Assembly (NCBI GenBank): GCA_013239625.1
Contig: MU054117.1
Span: 4,082,677 to 4,146,676 of the forward strand
Reading direction: 5' to 3'
Source of the DNA: Lama guanicoe
Taxonomy: Eukaryota
DNA: 64,000 nucleotides
The notes under the pieces were generated by a model that was not told the DNA's origin, did not search any database, and saw only the letters and a program-made list of their open reading frames with translations. The first letter of the stretch is position 1. Each line of letters begins with the position of its first letter. A program made the position numbers and the translations under genes. Positions 38,860-51,528 of this stretch are shown in pieces.

Positions 38860-39545
38860 TTTAGGGCAGGGGAAGTCTTCCTGGGAGACGAGACATGTAA
38901 ACCAACCAAGGACGGAAGCAGCCTCGGAGGGTCACGTGATGGGGGAAGGTGTGCTGTAGATGGAAGGAATTATCTGTGCAATGGCCAAAGACAGTGCGAG
39001 ATGAGAACGGCTCACTGAAGGGACTAAAAGGAGTTCAAAATGCTTGGCGCATGGAGTAGGAGAGAGAAGGCGATGCCAGTTGACTTAAAAGGTAGCCCAA
39101 GTTCATGAAGATGGCTTATAAGCCATCTGATGCAGTAGTTGAAGTGAGAGGTGATGGCAGCAGAAACCAGGGTGGCTGCAGTGGACATGAAGTAGACAGA
39201 ATGAGTCACGCTTAAGAGGTCGCGTGCAGGAGACGGTGCTGAAATGCACTTGGGAAGGGAAAAGGAACCAAGCATGACCGCCGGGGTCCTTGGCGGCGTG
39301 CGTGGATGGTGGTACAGTTTGCTAAGCTGGGGGACACAGGAGAAGAGGCCGTTTTGATGAGAGGGAGGAGGAGCTGTTGGGGTGGAGCGTCCCATAAGGC
39401 TCCTAAGTAGGGATGTCCAGTAAGCAATGCTACGCCTGGGTCTAGGGCTCGAAATCCCAGAATCATCCTGGAGAGAGCAACGGGAACCCTAGCAACGAGC
39501 ATCCCCTGCGGATGGAGCGGAGGGGAGGGAACGCCAACGGTTATG
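38860..39545 (-). mobile_element. L2 LINE relic
   Basis: caggggaagtcttcctgggag...tgtccagtaagcaa...tgggtctagggctc. Interrupted by the family X LTR. Confidence 0.55.
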
Positions 39546-39547
39546 GG

Positions 39548-40036
39548 TCTAACAGGGAAGAACAAATCTGACCCCATCGTGGATCTGCTTCTTTTACTTT
39601 AACCTTTCTATTTCATTGTTTTAGCCACAAGTTAATCACTAAAGAGATGCTGCCTATAAGCTTAAATGACACATCATGGCCCATCTCTGGGAACCCTGCC
39701 TCCCATGCCGTGAGCATTAAGCTAAAATACCTCTCTTTAGCTCACAGGAGACACCCTGAGCAGGCTCACCCGTGCGTGACTGCAGGAAGGGAGAAGTGAG
39801 CACCTCCCCTCAGGAGGATGACCAGAACCGGGGAATGTTTCCCTTCACTCCCGCCCCTGTTAGCATAAAAGCAGCCTGAATTCTAACTCGGGCGAAATGG
39901 TTCTTTGGGACGTTAGTCCACCAACTTCTCAGTCTGCTGGCTTTCTGAATAAAGTCAATTCCTTGCCCCCAACAACTCGTCCCTCAATTTACTGGCCTGT
40001 CGCGCAGCGAGCAGGATGAGCTTGGACTCAGTACCA
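39548..40036 (+). mobile_element. Solo LTR, ERV1-like, family X copy 2
   Basis: Shares the 5' end (taacagg.aaga.caaat) and 3' block (gaattctaactc...gtctgctggcttt...gcgagcag) with the 20241 copy. aataaa near 39948. Confidence 0.8.
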
Positions 40037-43000
40037 CGCGGTGGGGAGAGGGGAAGAAGCCTCTGTAGGAACAGGAGCCCAGCCGGGAGACCACGCGGCA
40101 GAGAAGGCCAGCGTGCGGGGCGGCTTCAGGAAGGACACTGCAGCCAGCCGTGTAATATGCTGCGGGTGGGTCCAGACATCCGCACATAACTCTTATGAAC
40201 CCCTCCTTCCCTGCAGTTTCCCTTCTGGAAACCTCAGTGTCCATTAAAAAAGAATGAACAAAGAAAGCCCCCAAGAACAGGATTTACTAGGATCCCGCAA
40301 GTTGTACAACATACAGATGGGCCGTTTGGAAACCTTCAGATTATGATTCCCACCGTATAATGCACTCGCTTGTTAAAATAACTCCTTTGATGTTACCCCT
40401 GCATCCTTTTCATCTGCTATTTTTCTGTCCCTTTTTAATGACAAGCCTGGGAGACTCTGTCCAGAAGCCTCAGAGCCCTTCCCCGCCGGTGCCCCACAAG
40501 CTGACCCCGGGACCATGCTGGTCACCGCTCACACCCTGGCCTCCTGGCTGCAGGATTCTGGGCCCCGGGCTGCTCTCCACAGACCTCGAGCCTCATGTAA
40601 AAAGGCAGAACCAAGCCCGAGGTGGGCCAAAGAAGACAAACGCATCAACCTCTGAGCTATGTATCCCTTTTTCTGACACCGACAAGATTCAGATTTGTTC
40701 CTGAAACTTCTGATTCCTGGCCAGATCCCCCTGTACGGAGGGGAACAAGACCTCCCTCCCCTGTGCTGGCTTTAAAGAGGGGCTGTTTTATGTCTTGAAA
40801 TACAGTATTTATCACATTTATCAAAAAAAGAAGAAAGTTTATGAAACCTTACTGACTGTGTCCATGGGTATATTTCGGCTTTTTTGGAACGTGAGCTGGG
40901 GCTGTTAGCGAGAACAGGGGTTCTGGGATATTTTGCCAAAGGAAGTTCTCATCTGTCTGCTCTGTCCATCTCAGATGTTGCTCAGGAAAGAATTGGGCAC
41001 TTGAAAAAGATAGTATTTACCCTTTCACATGTGCACACACACAAAGTTCATCTTCCAGAATGATAAAAGGCCACTGACAGCTTTGCTTCATGGGACGCCA
41101 GAGCTGAATCTGACATAGAATTACAGCGAGGAGCTGGGGTGTGCTATAGCATGTTTGGGGGCACCATGCCATTTGCACCCAAAGTCTGCTCTGCACAAAC
41201 ACATATGGGAAAGGTGCTGGGGGGGGGGTGAGCAGGAGGAGATAAGGAAATCTCCCATTAGGGGATTCAGGTGATAAACAGCACATGGTCAGATTCTGCG
41301 TTGCCACCAGCCACGTCTGAAGTCATCGTACAAGGAGCTGCCAATGAGCATTATTCTGAGTAACGTTTGAAACCACCTGGTTCCCTTCTGGGAAGCATCT
41401 GCCACCACCGTGTCCAGCCCCAGAAGCCAGGGGCGTGTGAGTCGGGGTAGTCCAAGGCCAGACCACGCCACCTCGGTTTTCTGTACTGTCTTGTCCCATT
41501 TGTGACAGAGCTGCCTTTAAAGCACCCAGTGTCCCCAGTTTCATGGCCTCCTTTGAAAGCACTCCGTTTTCCCATCTCCCAGAGTCTCTGAACCAAGTCT
41601 AGTAAAGGTGGGACTTCCATCTGGTGGATGGTGCCTGGACAGAGCTGGCCTTCCATAGTGGCCCTGTCTGGGGCACCTGCCAGATGCAGGGGCAGCACGG
41701 GAGAGGCCTGAAAGCTGAAGACGCTTATCCAAGGTCCCAAAGGGCAACTGGACAGTATTCGTGGACACGCCTGGTAAGTGTGCCAGCCGTGGAGACTGGG
41801 GGGTCACAAGGGGAGACCTCAGCCAATGGTTCCCAAGCAAAGGACACACTCTACTGCAGGTTCACGCAATGTTTCTGCAAAGTCTCTAGACTTGGCCTCC
41901 CATCTCCTTGGAGCACCTGGGAGAATGACTCCCTCACTGCTCCCAGCCCGCCCTCTCTGACTGCGGTCCAGGAGAAAACCCTGGTCTGCTGCTGGCTTGA
42001 ACAACTCCCCAGGACCCGTGCGCCCCCCTTTTCAATAAAGAGAATGCAGATCTCAGGCTAATGTCATTGACTGATAATGAATCATCTTGATTGCATTTCT
42101 TTCTGGTGTTTGCTACCTATGGTTAACTGATAGCGTTAGTTTTTCACTTTCAGAAATGTGATGGATTTAAATCAGTGAATCGGTTCACAGGAAATTGATG
42201 TGCAAATTGCTGTCTAGGTAGATAATGGGGAACAGTTGAAAACTGGCTCACAAATGACTAAAGGTTGGGAACCAGCCTAATTCAGGAGGCCGGCAGGACT
42301 GCTTGGCTGCAGAGCCTTCAAAGTTGTCGTTGTGGTACTTTCTGCAACACACACCCCGAATCTAAGAAAAACACTGCATCCTCGGGGAGACAGGTAAGTT
42401 AGAGCTTTCCAATAAAGGTCAATTCGAGAGTCTTTAGCATTTTACAATTTTTTTTGGGAGAATCTCAGAAAATTGCTTTCAGAAGTGGATAACAAACACA
42501 AAAGACGATCAATCGTATGCGTATCATCATTGTATTTTCCACCCTCAATATTCCTGCTTCTGTTTTTAAAAATCAAAGTCCGGCCTCTAAGATGAATATT
42601 TGTCTCCCTTAGGGGGAGAAAAAAAAAAAACTGGAGGCAGGCTGAAGGTGCATGAGAGCCGCACTGTGAACTGTGCCCAGAACAGAAGAGAAAACCAGTT
42701 CCTGAGGCTTGAGTGGGTCTTTTTTCAGTCTCACTCCCCGGACTCGAAACATTCAGAAAGCATCACTTATAAATACAAAAGCCACTGACGCTCACGAACA
42801 CCTTGGCTGCCTGTAACCCAGGAACGGTTCTTCCTTCCTCTTCTCGTATTTACTGTTTCTAGCTAGCTGAGCATGCATCCAAGCTGTATTTTCACGTAAC
42901 CATGTTTCTTTCCAGAGTAACTTTCCCAGGTCACACAGGGAGCAACGCCTGGACTGAAACCCCGACCTGCTGGACAAGCCCTGCCCCGCAGAGACGTGCT

Positions 43001-45227
43001 GCCTCCACCACAGGGGCAAAGTCGGGTGTTGATAGTTCTCACCATCCCTTCCTCACCGTCAGGCTCCACTCGTTTCTCTCTGGCCTAAAGAGGCTTCCTT
43101 TTTCCCTGCTGATTTCACGTTTCTCAACTGTGCCGCGCATCAGGATGTGGCAGGTGCCTGAGCTCCGGGTTGGATGGGTCTGCTTTACTGAGGGTGGGCT
43201 CTGAGTGGGGAGCAGAAGACGCAGCCGTCATCGTCACCATGATTTCGTGCGAACGAACTCAAAACACAACCTGCAGAATCACGGAGAGCTCCGGAGACGG
43301 AAGACCCCAGGGCTTGGTGGGAGCGCTTGTTGTCTATGACCTTGAATTCAACTCCATGACTATATTGTATGTTTCCATTAGCAGATTAGGACCCGAAACG
43401 AGGAAAGATCTTTTAAAACGGAAGAGACTTGCACTGGAATCAGCAGTGACCAGTTTCACAGAACGGAGGAGAGGTTCATAGGATGCTTGAGCTGAAATGA
43501 CAATACCTTAGAGATTCCTATATTATTACATATATTATACCCTATTATATATTATGTGTTGTTATCTCCTTTTCATCAAGCGATGAGGACAGTGAGGCTT
43601 AGGAAGTGACTTGCTCACAGCTTTATGAATCACTCTACAAACGCCATCAGTTAAAGTGGGGCACATTAAACACACATGAAGCACGAGCAAGAAAATGTCG
43701 CCTTCACAGAAAACAGCCTTGTGTTAGTTTCATCTGTGATGGAGCTGCCGGGGGTCGGGGAGACGTCCAGGACACTGTCCAAACACATGGCTGAGTTCTT
43801 GCCTCTCTTACAGACTGAAAAAGGCTTCTGGGTCCAGAGTGGATGGGCTCAGTGGTAGAGCAGATGTGCAAGGATGAACAAATGGGCCTCTCACGTCCAC
43901 AAGCTGGAGACAATTCCATCCAGAGCAGAGTAACAATGTCCCGGAAAGACAGGTGTCTTCCCCAGATGTTTGAAGGGGAATGGGGACTTGCCTTTGGAGC
44001 AGGGGTGGCGGGGCTGGTCTCACGGCTTCAAAGGGGCCAGATGTGGCTTTGGTGCATCTTTTTTGGGTCTGTATCTTCTCTGGATGTTCGTCCGTAACAA
44101 ATGTGTTCTCTCTGAGACGCTAAGCTCCTGGAGAACAGCGTCCACGTGTCTCACCAGCTTTGCGTGATGACAATCATGGAGCAGCTTTCCATCAGAAAGC
44201 TGAGAACAGGCGCTGTTTTAGAGGGTCGAGGACCTCGAGATTGATGACTTCCCGACTGATGATGAGAGGCGAGCTTGAGCAGAGAGAGATGCCCAGACAC
44301 CAACGGTCTCCTCCATCTCCTCCTGGAAAAATCACGTGCCCAAGCGTCACCTGAGGTTGTCCCCGTGCGGGGGCAGGAAAAGAACCTAACTGGTGGTGGG
44401 TGACGGTGAGACTCATCCTGAGGACCGGCTGCCAGCACAGCATGAGGGAGTGTTCAGGGTTCTCATCCTTTGAAGTCGGGCTCTCATTAAAAAAGTTTTC
44501 TTTCCACATCAACTCATTTTCTCCATTATAACGTTAGCTCTCTAAGGGTGCTTCTGAGCAAGACCAAGGAATAGCTTTCTGTGGGGGCCTTTCAGGCCAT
44601 CCCAGCTCCCCGTGGGAGCAGCGACACATGTAGTTTTCCATGGAGAAAGGAGCTGGATCACATAGTGCCTAATGGTTCCCTTCAGCCCAAGGAACCTAGC
44701 GCTCAGTGACCTTTAAGCAGATGGAGAGAGGCTCTGCGTTCTGGCCCTTGCCCTGACCCTGGCGTGCCCCAAGACCGGCCAGGGGACCACCACCCTATCT
44801 TCTCCACCTGTAGCAACATCTGGGTCAGGAAGTGTTTACTGATCAGCCCAAGTCGGCCTGTCATTTGTTTAGAAAAGATACGTACACCCAAGGGAAACGG
44901 CTTCTTCAGACAAAAGAATGGCGGACCGACTTGGTACCTACGGTGGTGACGGCCTTCTTTCAAGACACATACCCCGTCCGGAAGACACTCCCCTGCTGAC
45001 GGAGTCTCCTTTAGCTGCTCCCGAACGCCCGGCCTCGGCTTACTCTGAATTCTGACGCAGTGGGCACCACACAGAAGCCACCCAGTCACAGGCCATCCAG
45101 TTGGTCTCTCAAACGAAGATACTAATCTCTGAGAAGATGAGGACCATTTCAAGTATATTTTCCTTCATTTAACTGTGTGCAAATCTTGCACGTCGGTTAA
45201 ATAAGAAGAAATAAACAGAGGGGCTTG

Positions 45228-45577
45228 TGTTATAAACTGAATGTTTGTGTCCAGAATTCACAGGTCGAAGTCCTAACTACCAATGTGAAGGTATCAGGAG
45301 GTGGGGCCTTTGAGAGGCAATCAGGTTTACATGAGGTCATGAGGGTGCGGCTCCCACGGTGGGATCAACGCCCTCACAGGAAGAGAAAGACAGCAGCGCC
45401 CTCTCTCGGGGTCCACAGAGAAGAGGTCACAGGAGCACACAGGGACACGGCGGTCCTCATCAGAACCAAACCTGCTGGCACCTTGATCTTGACCGTCACG
45501 GCCTCCAGAGCCGTGAGAAGTAAATGTCTGCATTAAGCCAGGTTATTTTGTTACAGCAACTCAAGCTGATGAAGACA
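45228..45577 (+). mobile_element. MaLR solo LTR (MLT1A/B-like)
   Basis: tgttataaactgaatgtttgtgtcc...ggtggggcctttgagagg...gcctccagagccgtgagaagtaaatg...ttgttacagcaac...aagaca. TSD gcttg/gctgg. Confidence 0.85.
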
Positions 45578-46859
45578 GCTGGGGCGGCTCGGAATGCAGG
45601 TTTCGTAGGTGTGGCTCTGTGGAATCCAATTCTCAGTTTTAAATATCTGGGCCGTACGAGCCAAGAGACGAGGCCCTGGCGTTCCCCGCAAGCCCCCCTG
45701 CAGTGTGGCCAGTCTTACTCCAGCCCGTGCAGCTCCGAGCCTGGCCCTCTGGCCCTTAAGGACGATCCTGTTGGCCACTCAAATTCCACTGCCGCTTAAA
45801 CTAGCCAGAGCCGATTCTGATGTCTGCAACTAAGACCCCAGGCTGACAACATACACAAGTGCAGCTGGAAAGAAAGGGATTAAACCAGTTTCTTTATTGC
45901 GGGACTTCTCAGAACCATTAGAACAATGTGCACAGTAAATCTCCAAGAGGGAGACAGAGCGTGTGGCAGTATCCTCACCTACCCCCACGGGGACTGTCTC
46001 ATGACCACATCCCAGAACAGTTAATCTTGCAAGAAGTTTGCAAAGAACTCTGATCCTGGTATAAACTGCCCATCTGGTCCTCCTAAACACAGCTGGCCCA
46101 GCCTACCAGAGTTACCCCGATCACCTCTGTCACTCCCTGACTCTCGGATGCTAAGGCCAGCTGAAAATACCCCCCGAAACAGGTTTCTTCTTCACACCAA
46201 AACAGCAAGAACGAAACGCAGACGGGGCTCCATTTTTCTTTGACCTGAAGGTAGATCTTCACCTGCTGCCTCCTCTTCTTTTGGGTCCAGTGCCCGAGAG
46301 TCGGTGTTTATTTTCATGACTATCTCAATGCAGAGCCTGAAAGAAGGCCGTCTATGGAATTTGCATAAAACCACGTGGGAGGAGAGGGGAGAGAACCCGC
46401 GTGGAAACCCCCACTGTGTCTCGCCCGCCATGAGCCCTTCCCCTCCTAAGGTCGCATATCCCCATTTCTTAGAGGTTTTTCTGAATGATTCCATTGCACT
46501 TCTTCCCTATTCCTCTCTACCAGATGGAAAGCCTCTTTCCCTTGTTCACTGGGAGGGCAGGTAGCATTAAAAGTATGATGCACTCTGAGGCCAAGACTCC
46601 CAGCTCGGTCACTTACTCACTATGGGGACGTAAGAAAGTGCTTCATCTTTCAGGGGCTCAAGCATCCTGAGTCAGAGCAGCAAACGGGACTGGTGGCAGG
46701 GGCCCAACCTCACGGGGCAGTTACTGGCAAGTAGACAGAGGAGTGAATAACCAGGCGATCTGAGAAGCAGAGAGGCCGTGAAAATTCTGCAGCATGTCTG
46801 GCCCCGCAGGGCGAGGCCCCGGCAGCAGGGAGGGAAGGTGAGTGGAGCTCACTACTCAC

Positions 46860-46960
46860 GGGACTCCGATCTCGAAGATGTTGTTCTGGATCAGCTGCTT
46901 CCCCAACATGATTATGCTGAGCTGGACACAGAGCTCCATGAGGCAGCCCCCGGGGGCGCA
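46860..46960 (-). CDS. ANO2: ANO2 coding exon D (TM6)
   Basis: [33 protein letters not shown](P). Acceptor ctccccctgcag, donor CC|gtgagt. 101 nt, phase 0->2. Confidence 0.97.
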
Positions 46961-47106
46961 CTGCAGGGGGAGACACCGGGCAGGGGCCGTCAGACCACGT
47001 GGGGCTCAGGGATGCAAGGGCCCGAGGGCAGCGGGGAGAGGGGTGGGGCCGGGGACACCTACAGACCTCTCGCCGCCAGGCAGGGCACACCAGCAGCTAT
47101 ACTTGC

Positions 47107-47164
47107 CTCTTCCATGCGGTAGCCATCGAACACGTAAATGTAGCTCCCAGGTCTGCCCACAAAC
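47107..47164 (-). CDS. ANO2: ANO2 coding exon C (TM5-6 loop)
   Basis: [19 protein letters not shown]. Acceptor tccctttcag, non-canonical donor GAG|gcaagt. 58 nt, phase 2->0. Confidence 0.94.
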
Positions 47165-47210
47165 CTGAAAGGGACAAGTGCGGGCTGAGTCAGGGGGAGA
47201 GAGGGGAAGT

Positions 47211-47725
47211 TGTGAAGCCGGCTGGCACTGTCTGGAGTCATAAAACCCCCACTCCTGGGCTCTCTGAGTGTCTGGAGTCTATGGACCCCTTAACCCCACT
47301 CCCCAGGGCAGGACCCTCCACATACCTGCATTTCTGCAAGAGACAAGCATCCTCTCCATGTGTGTTGACCCTGGCAGGGCTCCCCGCCCCGGGAGACAGC
47401 CCGGCTCACAGCACCCTGGGCGGACAGCCTCACGTCCTGCCCTTATCAGAGTCCTAAATCCTATTATTCAGAGAGTTCCTGACAGTCAGGTACCTGTGTG
47501 CGAACTGATCATTCAGCCCCCTATCCTTGTGGGCACAGCCCTCTCCCCCCTAATAAAAAACCCGGCCCGGCCACCCCGCTCACACAGGCACCTCTCATCT
47601 GTGTGACCAGTGCTTGCCTGTAGCAGCGTATCTATTAAACTTTCCCTTTCTTCTTAAATCCTCGTGGTCTTTGGTCCTTGATAAATTATTTTACCGTGGC
47701 AACCACCATGTTGTGTCCCACAACA
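47211..47725 (+). mobile_element. Solo LTR (ERVL-like), immediately upstream of exon C on the gene strand
   Basis: TG...CA termini, flanks gaagt/aaagt, TATA-like taataaaaa near 47551, attaaa near 47634, and U5-like aattattttacc. Confidence 0.65.
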
Positions 47726-47964
47726 AAAGTCAGGGCTGCCTGAGGGTGTGTCTTTTGAGCTCTGAGCAGACTGACCACTGCCCAGTGTCCTCCTGGAAAG
47801 GACTGGCCAGGGCAGGTGCTACGTCACCCAGAGACGGGGGCTGCCATCACACCTGCTGTCAGCTAATGCTCCCCTGTAACGCGCAGGACTCACCTCTTAC
47901 TCTGGCCAAATTCCAGGGGGAACGGGGCTACGTCTGGGTCTGGTGTGGGGCTAGGAAGGTCGTA

Positions 47965-47984
47965 TGTGTGTGTGTGTGTGTGTG
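47965..47984. repeat. (TG)10 microsatellite
   Basis: Read directly from the sequence. Confidence 0.9.
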
Positions 47985-48934
47985 CACATGCGTGAAAATT
48001 TCAGAGCCCAAACACAGTAAAGTCCGGACTGTGTCTAAGTGTAATGTCAGCGCACCTCCTTCCCTCATCTAGTGCCAAGAACTCAGTTCTGATCGCAATT
48101 CTTCCACAAGGGCATCTGATTTCCCAGGAAATAAAGGCTAAGACGGATAAAAGTGGCCAGTGGAGATTTCTGGGACTGGAAGAGAAAAAACTAGACTTCT
48201 TATTGAAAATATTCAAGGGGACGGAAGAAGCCTGACTCATTCCTCTTCTAAGACCTAGGGGTCTGTCTTACTGGAGGATAAGAAGACTGGGGAGGCGGGG
48301 GAGGCAGAGCGGATCCAGCCAACCACGAAAGCAGGCAGGTCATCAGATGAATCCTACGCACTTGGAGTGTCTTCCCCTCATCCACTGACTTGAAATCCTC
48401 CTCCTCCACTGGAGGCTCAGCTTAGCTTTCCTTCTCTGTGAAGTCCTGTGTCTCTGCTCATAATTGCCCCCCTAACACTTTCTTTGCACCTTTTATTACA
48501 GCGCTTACTGCAGATTATCCTGTGTGTGTTGCCAGGACTGTATCTTCCCATACGCAAGTCTATCCAAGGGTCAGAACCCTATCATTTTTTTCCTGGAATA
48601 GCCCACGTATGCAAGTTTCTGTTTACATTGTATCGAGGTGTAAATCACCAACGACATATATAATCATTAATACAGAGAGTCTCTCTGCTACTGTAATTTC
48701 ACGGGAGTCAAGGACAGAGGTCCTGAGGAGGGGCTGTGGTTTGGGTCACAGACACATTTACAGGAAATTATAAAACGTGGAGGATGATAGTTCTTGCTGT
48801 TGGTGCCTCCTTGATGAGCTTTCATTTCGAGGGAAGCTTTCCTGATATAGCTGATGCCGACTGGTAAATCTTGGAGGTAGCCGGCTAATTCGACCACAGA
48901 TATTTATCAGAAGTGATTTTACATCCATGACTCC

Positions 48935-49607
48935 TGTATAATAAAGACTATGAGTGGTCATTGTCCCCTATCCCTGGGAGGAGCCTCTAAATTCTTGGAA
49001 TTTCTCGAGAGGAGTGTCTTCGTTATTCATGGTGGGCCCCTGGGAATATACCTAAATTTATGCTAATGAGACCACTGAGGATGGGGGAGGCCACGCCAGA
49101 ACCATGTGATTAGAGTTTGGGCTCTGAGCCAAGTAAAAGCAGCCTGACCTCAGGGGAGGGGAGTGGGACTGGGGTTGAATTCCCACAGGACCAGTGATTC
49201 ACGCAGTCGTGCCCAATAAAAACCCTGGACACTGAAGCTTGGATGAGCATCCTGGGCGGTGCTCACTGACGTGCCAGAGGACAGAACCTCATGCACCCAG
49301 AGGACACGAAGCTTCTTTTTAAGACCTCGCCCTGGGTGCCTCTCCCACTGGCCAGTTTGGATTTGTATCCCTTTGCTAATGACACTGTAATTTTAAGTAC
49401 AGCACAGTCCAAGCTCTTTAAGATGTTCTAGTGAATTATCAAACCTAAGGGGCCAGTGGTTGGAGGCAGCTGGTCAGAATCATCAGTGGCCTGAGAACCC
49501 CAGCGCGCGCAGTAGTGCCTGAAGCGAGGCAGTCTTTCAGAAGACTGTGCCCTTAATCCGTGAAGCCCACACTGACTCTGAGTGCTTGGCATCAGACTTG
49601 CACTGCA
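48935..49607 (+). mobile_element. ERVL-type LTR (MER21/MER68/MER77 group)
   Basis: cctctaaattcttggaattt...ttattcatggtgggcccc...tttatgctaatgag...ccatgtgattagag...ccaataaaaaccctggacactgaagct matches the recalled consensus of this group. Confidence 0.75.
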
Positions 49608-49886
49608 AGATCTAAGAGCCGCCAGCTAGACGTGAAATCCCCTCCTGCCCCGTCCTCAAAGTGGGGAGACACAATTCTTCTACGACTAACCCTCTGGGGT
49701 CCAGACCTAAGTCCCTGGAGAACTTCCCTGCTTATCAGCATCTGAATCCCAAGTAATTCAGTGCAGCCAGGTGGGAACGGGGAACAGGGCTGAGGCTGTG
49801 CACAAACAGCGCGGACAGGCTGAGCTCGCAGAGGACTCAGTCTTCGTGACCAATCGCCCTCCCATGGACGGCACCCACATACTCAC

Positions 49887-49998
49887 CTCCCCTTGAAGAA
49901 GGCCACATAGAAGATGGGTGAGTAAGCATTGACAAACTTGAGCAAGAAAGCCTTGAGGATCAGGCGCTCTTCAAAAGTCTGCTCTGTTTTTGGAACCT
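49887..49998 (-). CDS. ANO2: ANO2 coding exon B (TM5)
   Basis: (E)[36 protein letters not shown](R). Acceptor cttctctttcag, donor AG|gtgagt. 112 nt, phase 1->2. Confidence 0.97.
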
Positions 49999-50984
49999 CT
50001 GAAAGAGAAGAACCAAGCTGAGCGGACTGAGAGACAGATTTCTCACCTCTCCAGAGTTTGGACCTGGGGGCAGGGGGCAGGGACCCAGGGGCCATCCTGC
50101 TGACTGACACTCCTCACGCTGTCCCTGAGCTCCAGATCCTTCTTCAACCTGACTCTTTCGCCCTGACTGAAGGAGAGGATTCTGAGGCCCAGATAGAAAT
50201 GCCTGCCACCAATTTCTCAGGTCACTTTCAGCTTTAAGATCTCGTAACTCTGAACTTCCAAGGGGCTGTTAACCCCATCGCCTTCCCCACGCCTGTCCCG
50301 CCCGCCCTCACCATGTACAGTCTGGATGCTTTTTTACCATGAGCAAGGTCAGGGAGCTGCATCTGGGTGGACCACAGCTGGTGTCAGATGCACATGTAGT
50401 GAGTGGATGAATGAATGAGTGACATGGAAAAAAATCATTCCTATCACTGAAAAAATATTTGTCATTCACTAAAAATTCCCTGCCACATTCCAAGGAGGGC
50501 AAAGCCTCGGGAAGGACCTTTGCTGGACGAGGTCATGGGCATGAAGATATGCGAGGAGCCGCCAAAGAGAGTTAAATTCCCTACTGAAGGTAGGAGATGG
50601 GGCACTGGACGTAGATGCAGGACCCGGAAAGGGAAGAGCCAGTGCCCTGCGAGGAGGAGCACAGCGAGGGGGATGAGGGGCTGCGGGCAAAGGAGAAACT
50701 GAGTGACAGGTGGGGAGTGGGAGGAAGCGGGGGGGAAATTTTCATCAACTTCTGCTGTGTAAGCTGTAGTGTGACCCTCTACCATTTGCCTCCCCACAGA
50801 ATCTCCAATAAAGATTCATCAAAACCTGCATTCCTCAGCAGTGCTCAAAGAATCCTGGATTGGTTCTTAGGGGAAGGATGTGCAAAGGACTGAGTCCTAT
50901 TTCAAGTGGAGCACAGAGGCAGGAACACAGACTGCCTGCAGTGTGCTGGTGTATCCGGGTTGCAAAGGAGAGAGACTGGGAACA

Positions 50985-51081
50985 GAGAGAGACAGAAAAG
51001 ACGAGGAGGAGGAGAAGGAGGAGGAGGGGAGGTGAAGAGGAAGGAGGGAGAATGGGGAAAGGAAGGAAGAGAGGGAGGAAG
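50985..51081. repeat. GA-rich low-complexity tract (resumes at 51529-51560 after the LTR)
   Basis: Nearly pure purine run of gga/ggaa units. Confidence 0.8.
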
Positions 51082-51528
51082 GGAGGATGGAAAATGTCAC
51101 CTGCTGCATCAGTAAACAAGGACGTTGCAGCCACCAAGCCCTCAGCCACGGCTGCCACCCATCTGTGCACCCGAGGGGCCTCAGGACGGCGAAAAGCAGG
51201 GCCCTGGCCCGAGATGGCTAAGGTGCACATCAAAGGGATGATTTCAATGAGCCCCGACTCTTGCAACTTCCCATACTTAGAAAAGTGCTAACATCGTTGT
51301 CTTGAGACGTCTGGTTTTCTTTAATTAACAGTCATCTTTTGATGTTCTAACTACCTGTTCTTTGCTGCAAAAACTCCTGCAGGTCCTGCCTCCTCCCTTC
51401 CCTCTTGGGCGCGGTCCCTCCGGGCTATCCCAGAGGCTGCCTCCTGGGCTTAAGTCCTCAGAAAGTCCAACGAATAAAATGTAATTCTCAACTTTTAGGT
51501 TGTGCTTTTTTTTTTTCTTCAGTCAATG
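51082..51528 (+). mobile_element. Solo LTR, ERV1-like, family Y copy 3
   Basis: Same body as the 34143 copy. aataaa near 51473, TSD gaag. Inserted into a GA-rich tract. Confidence 0.88.
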
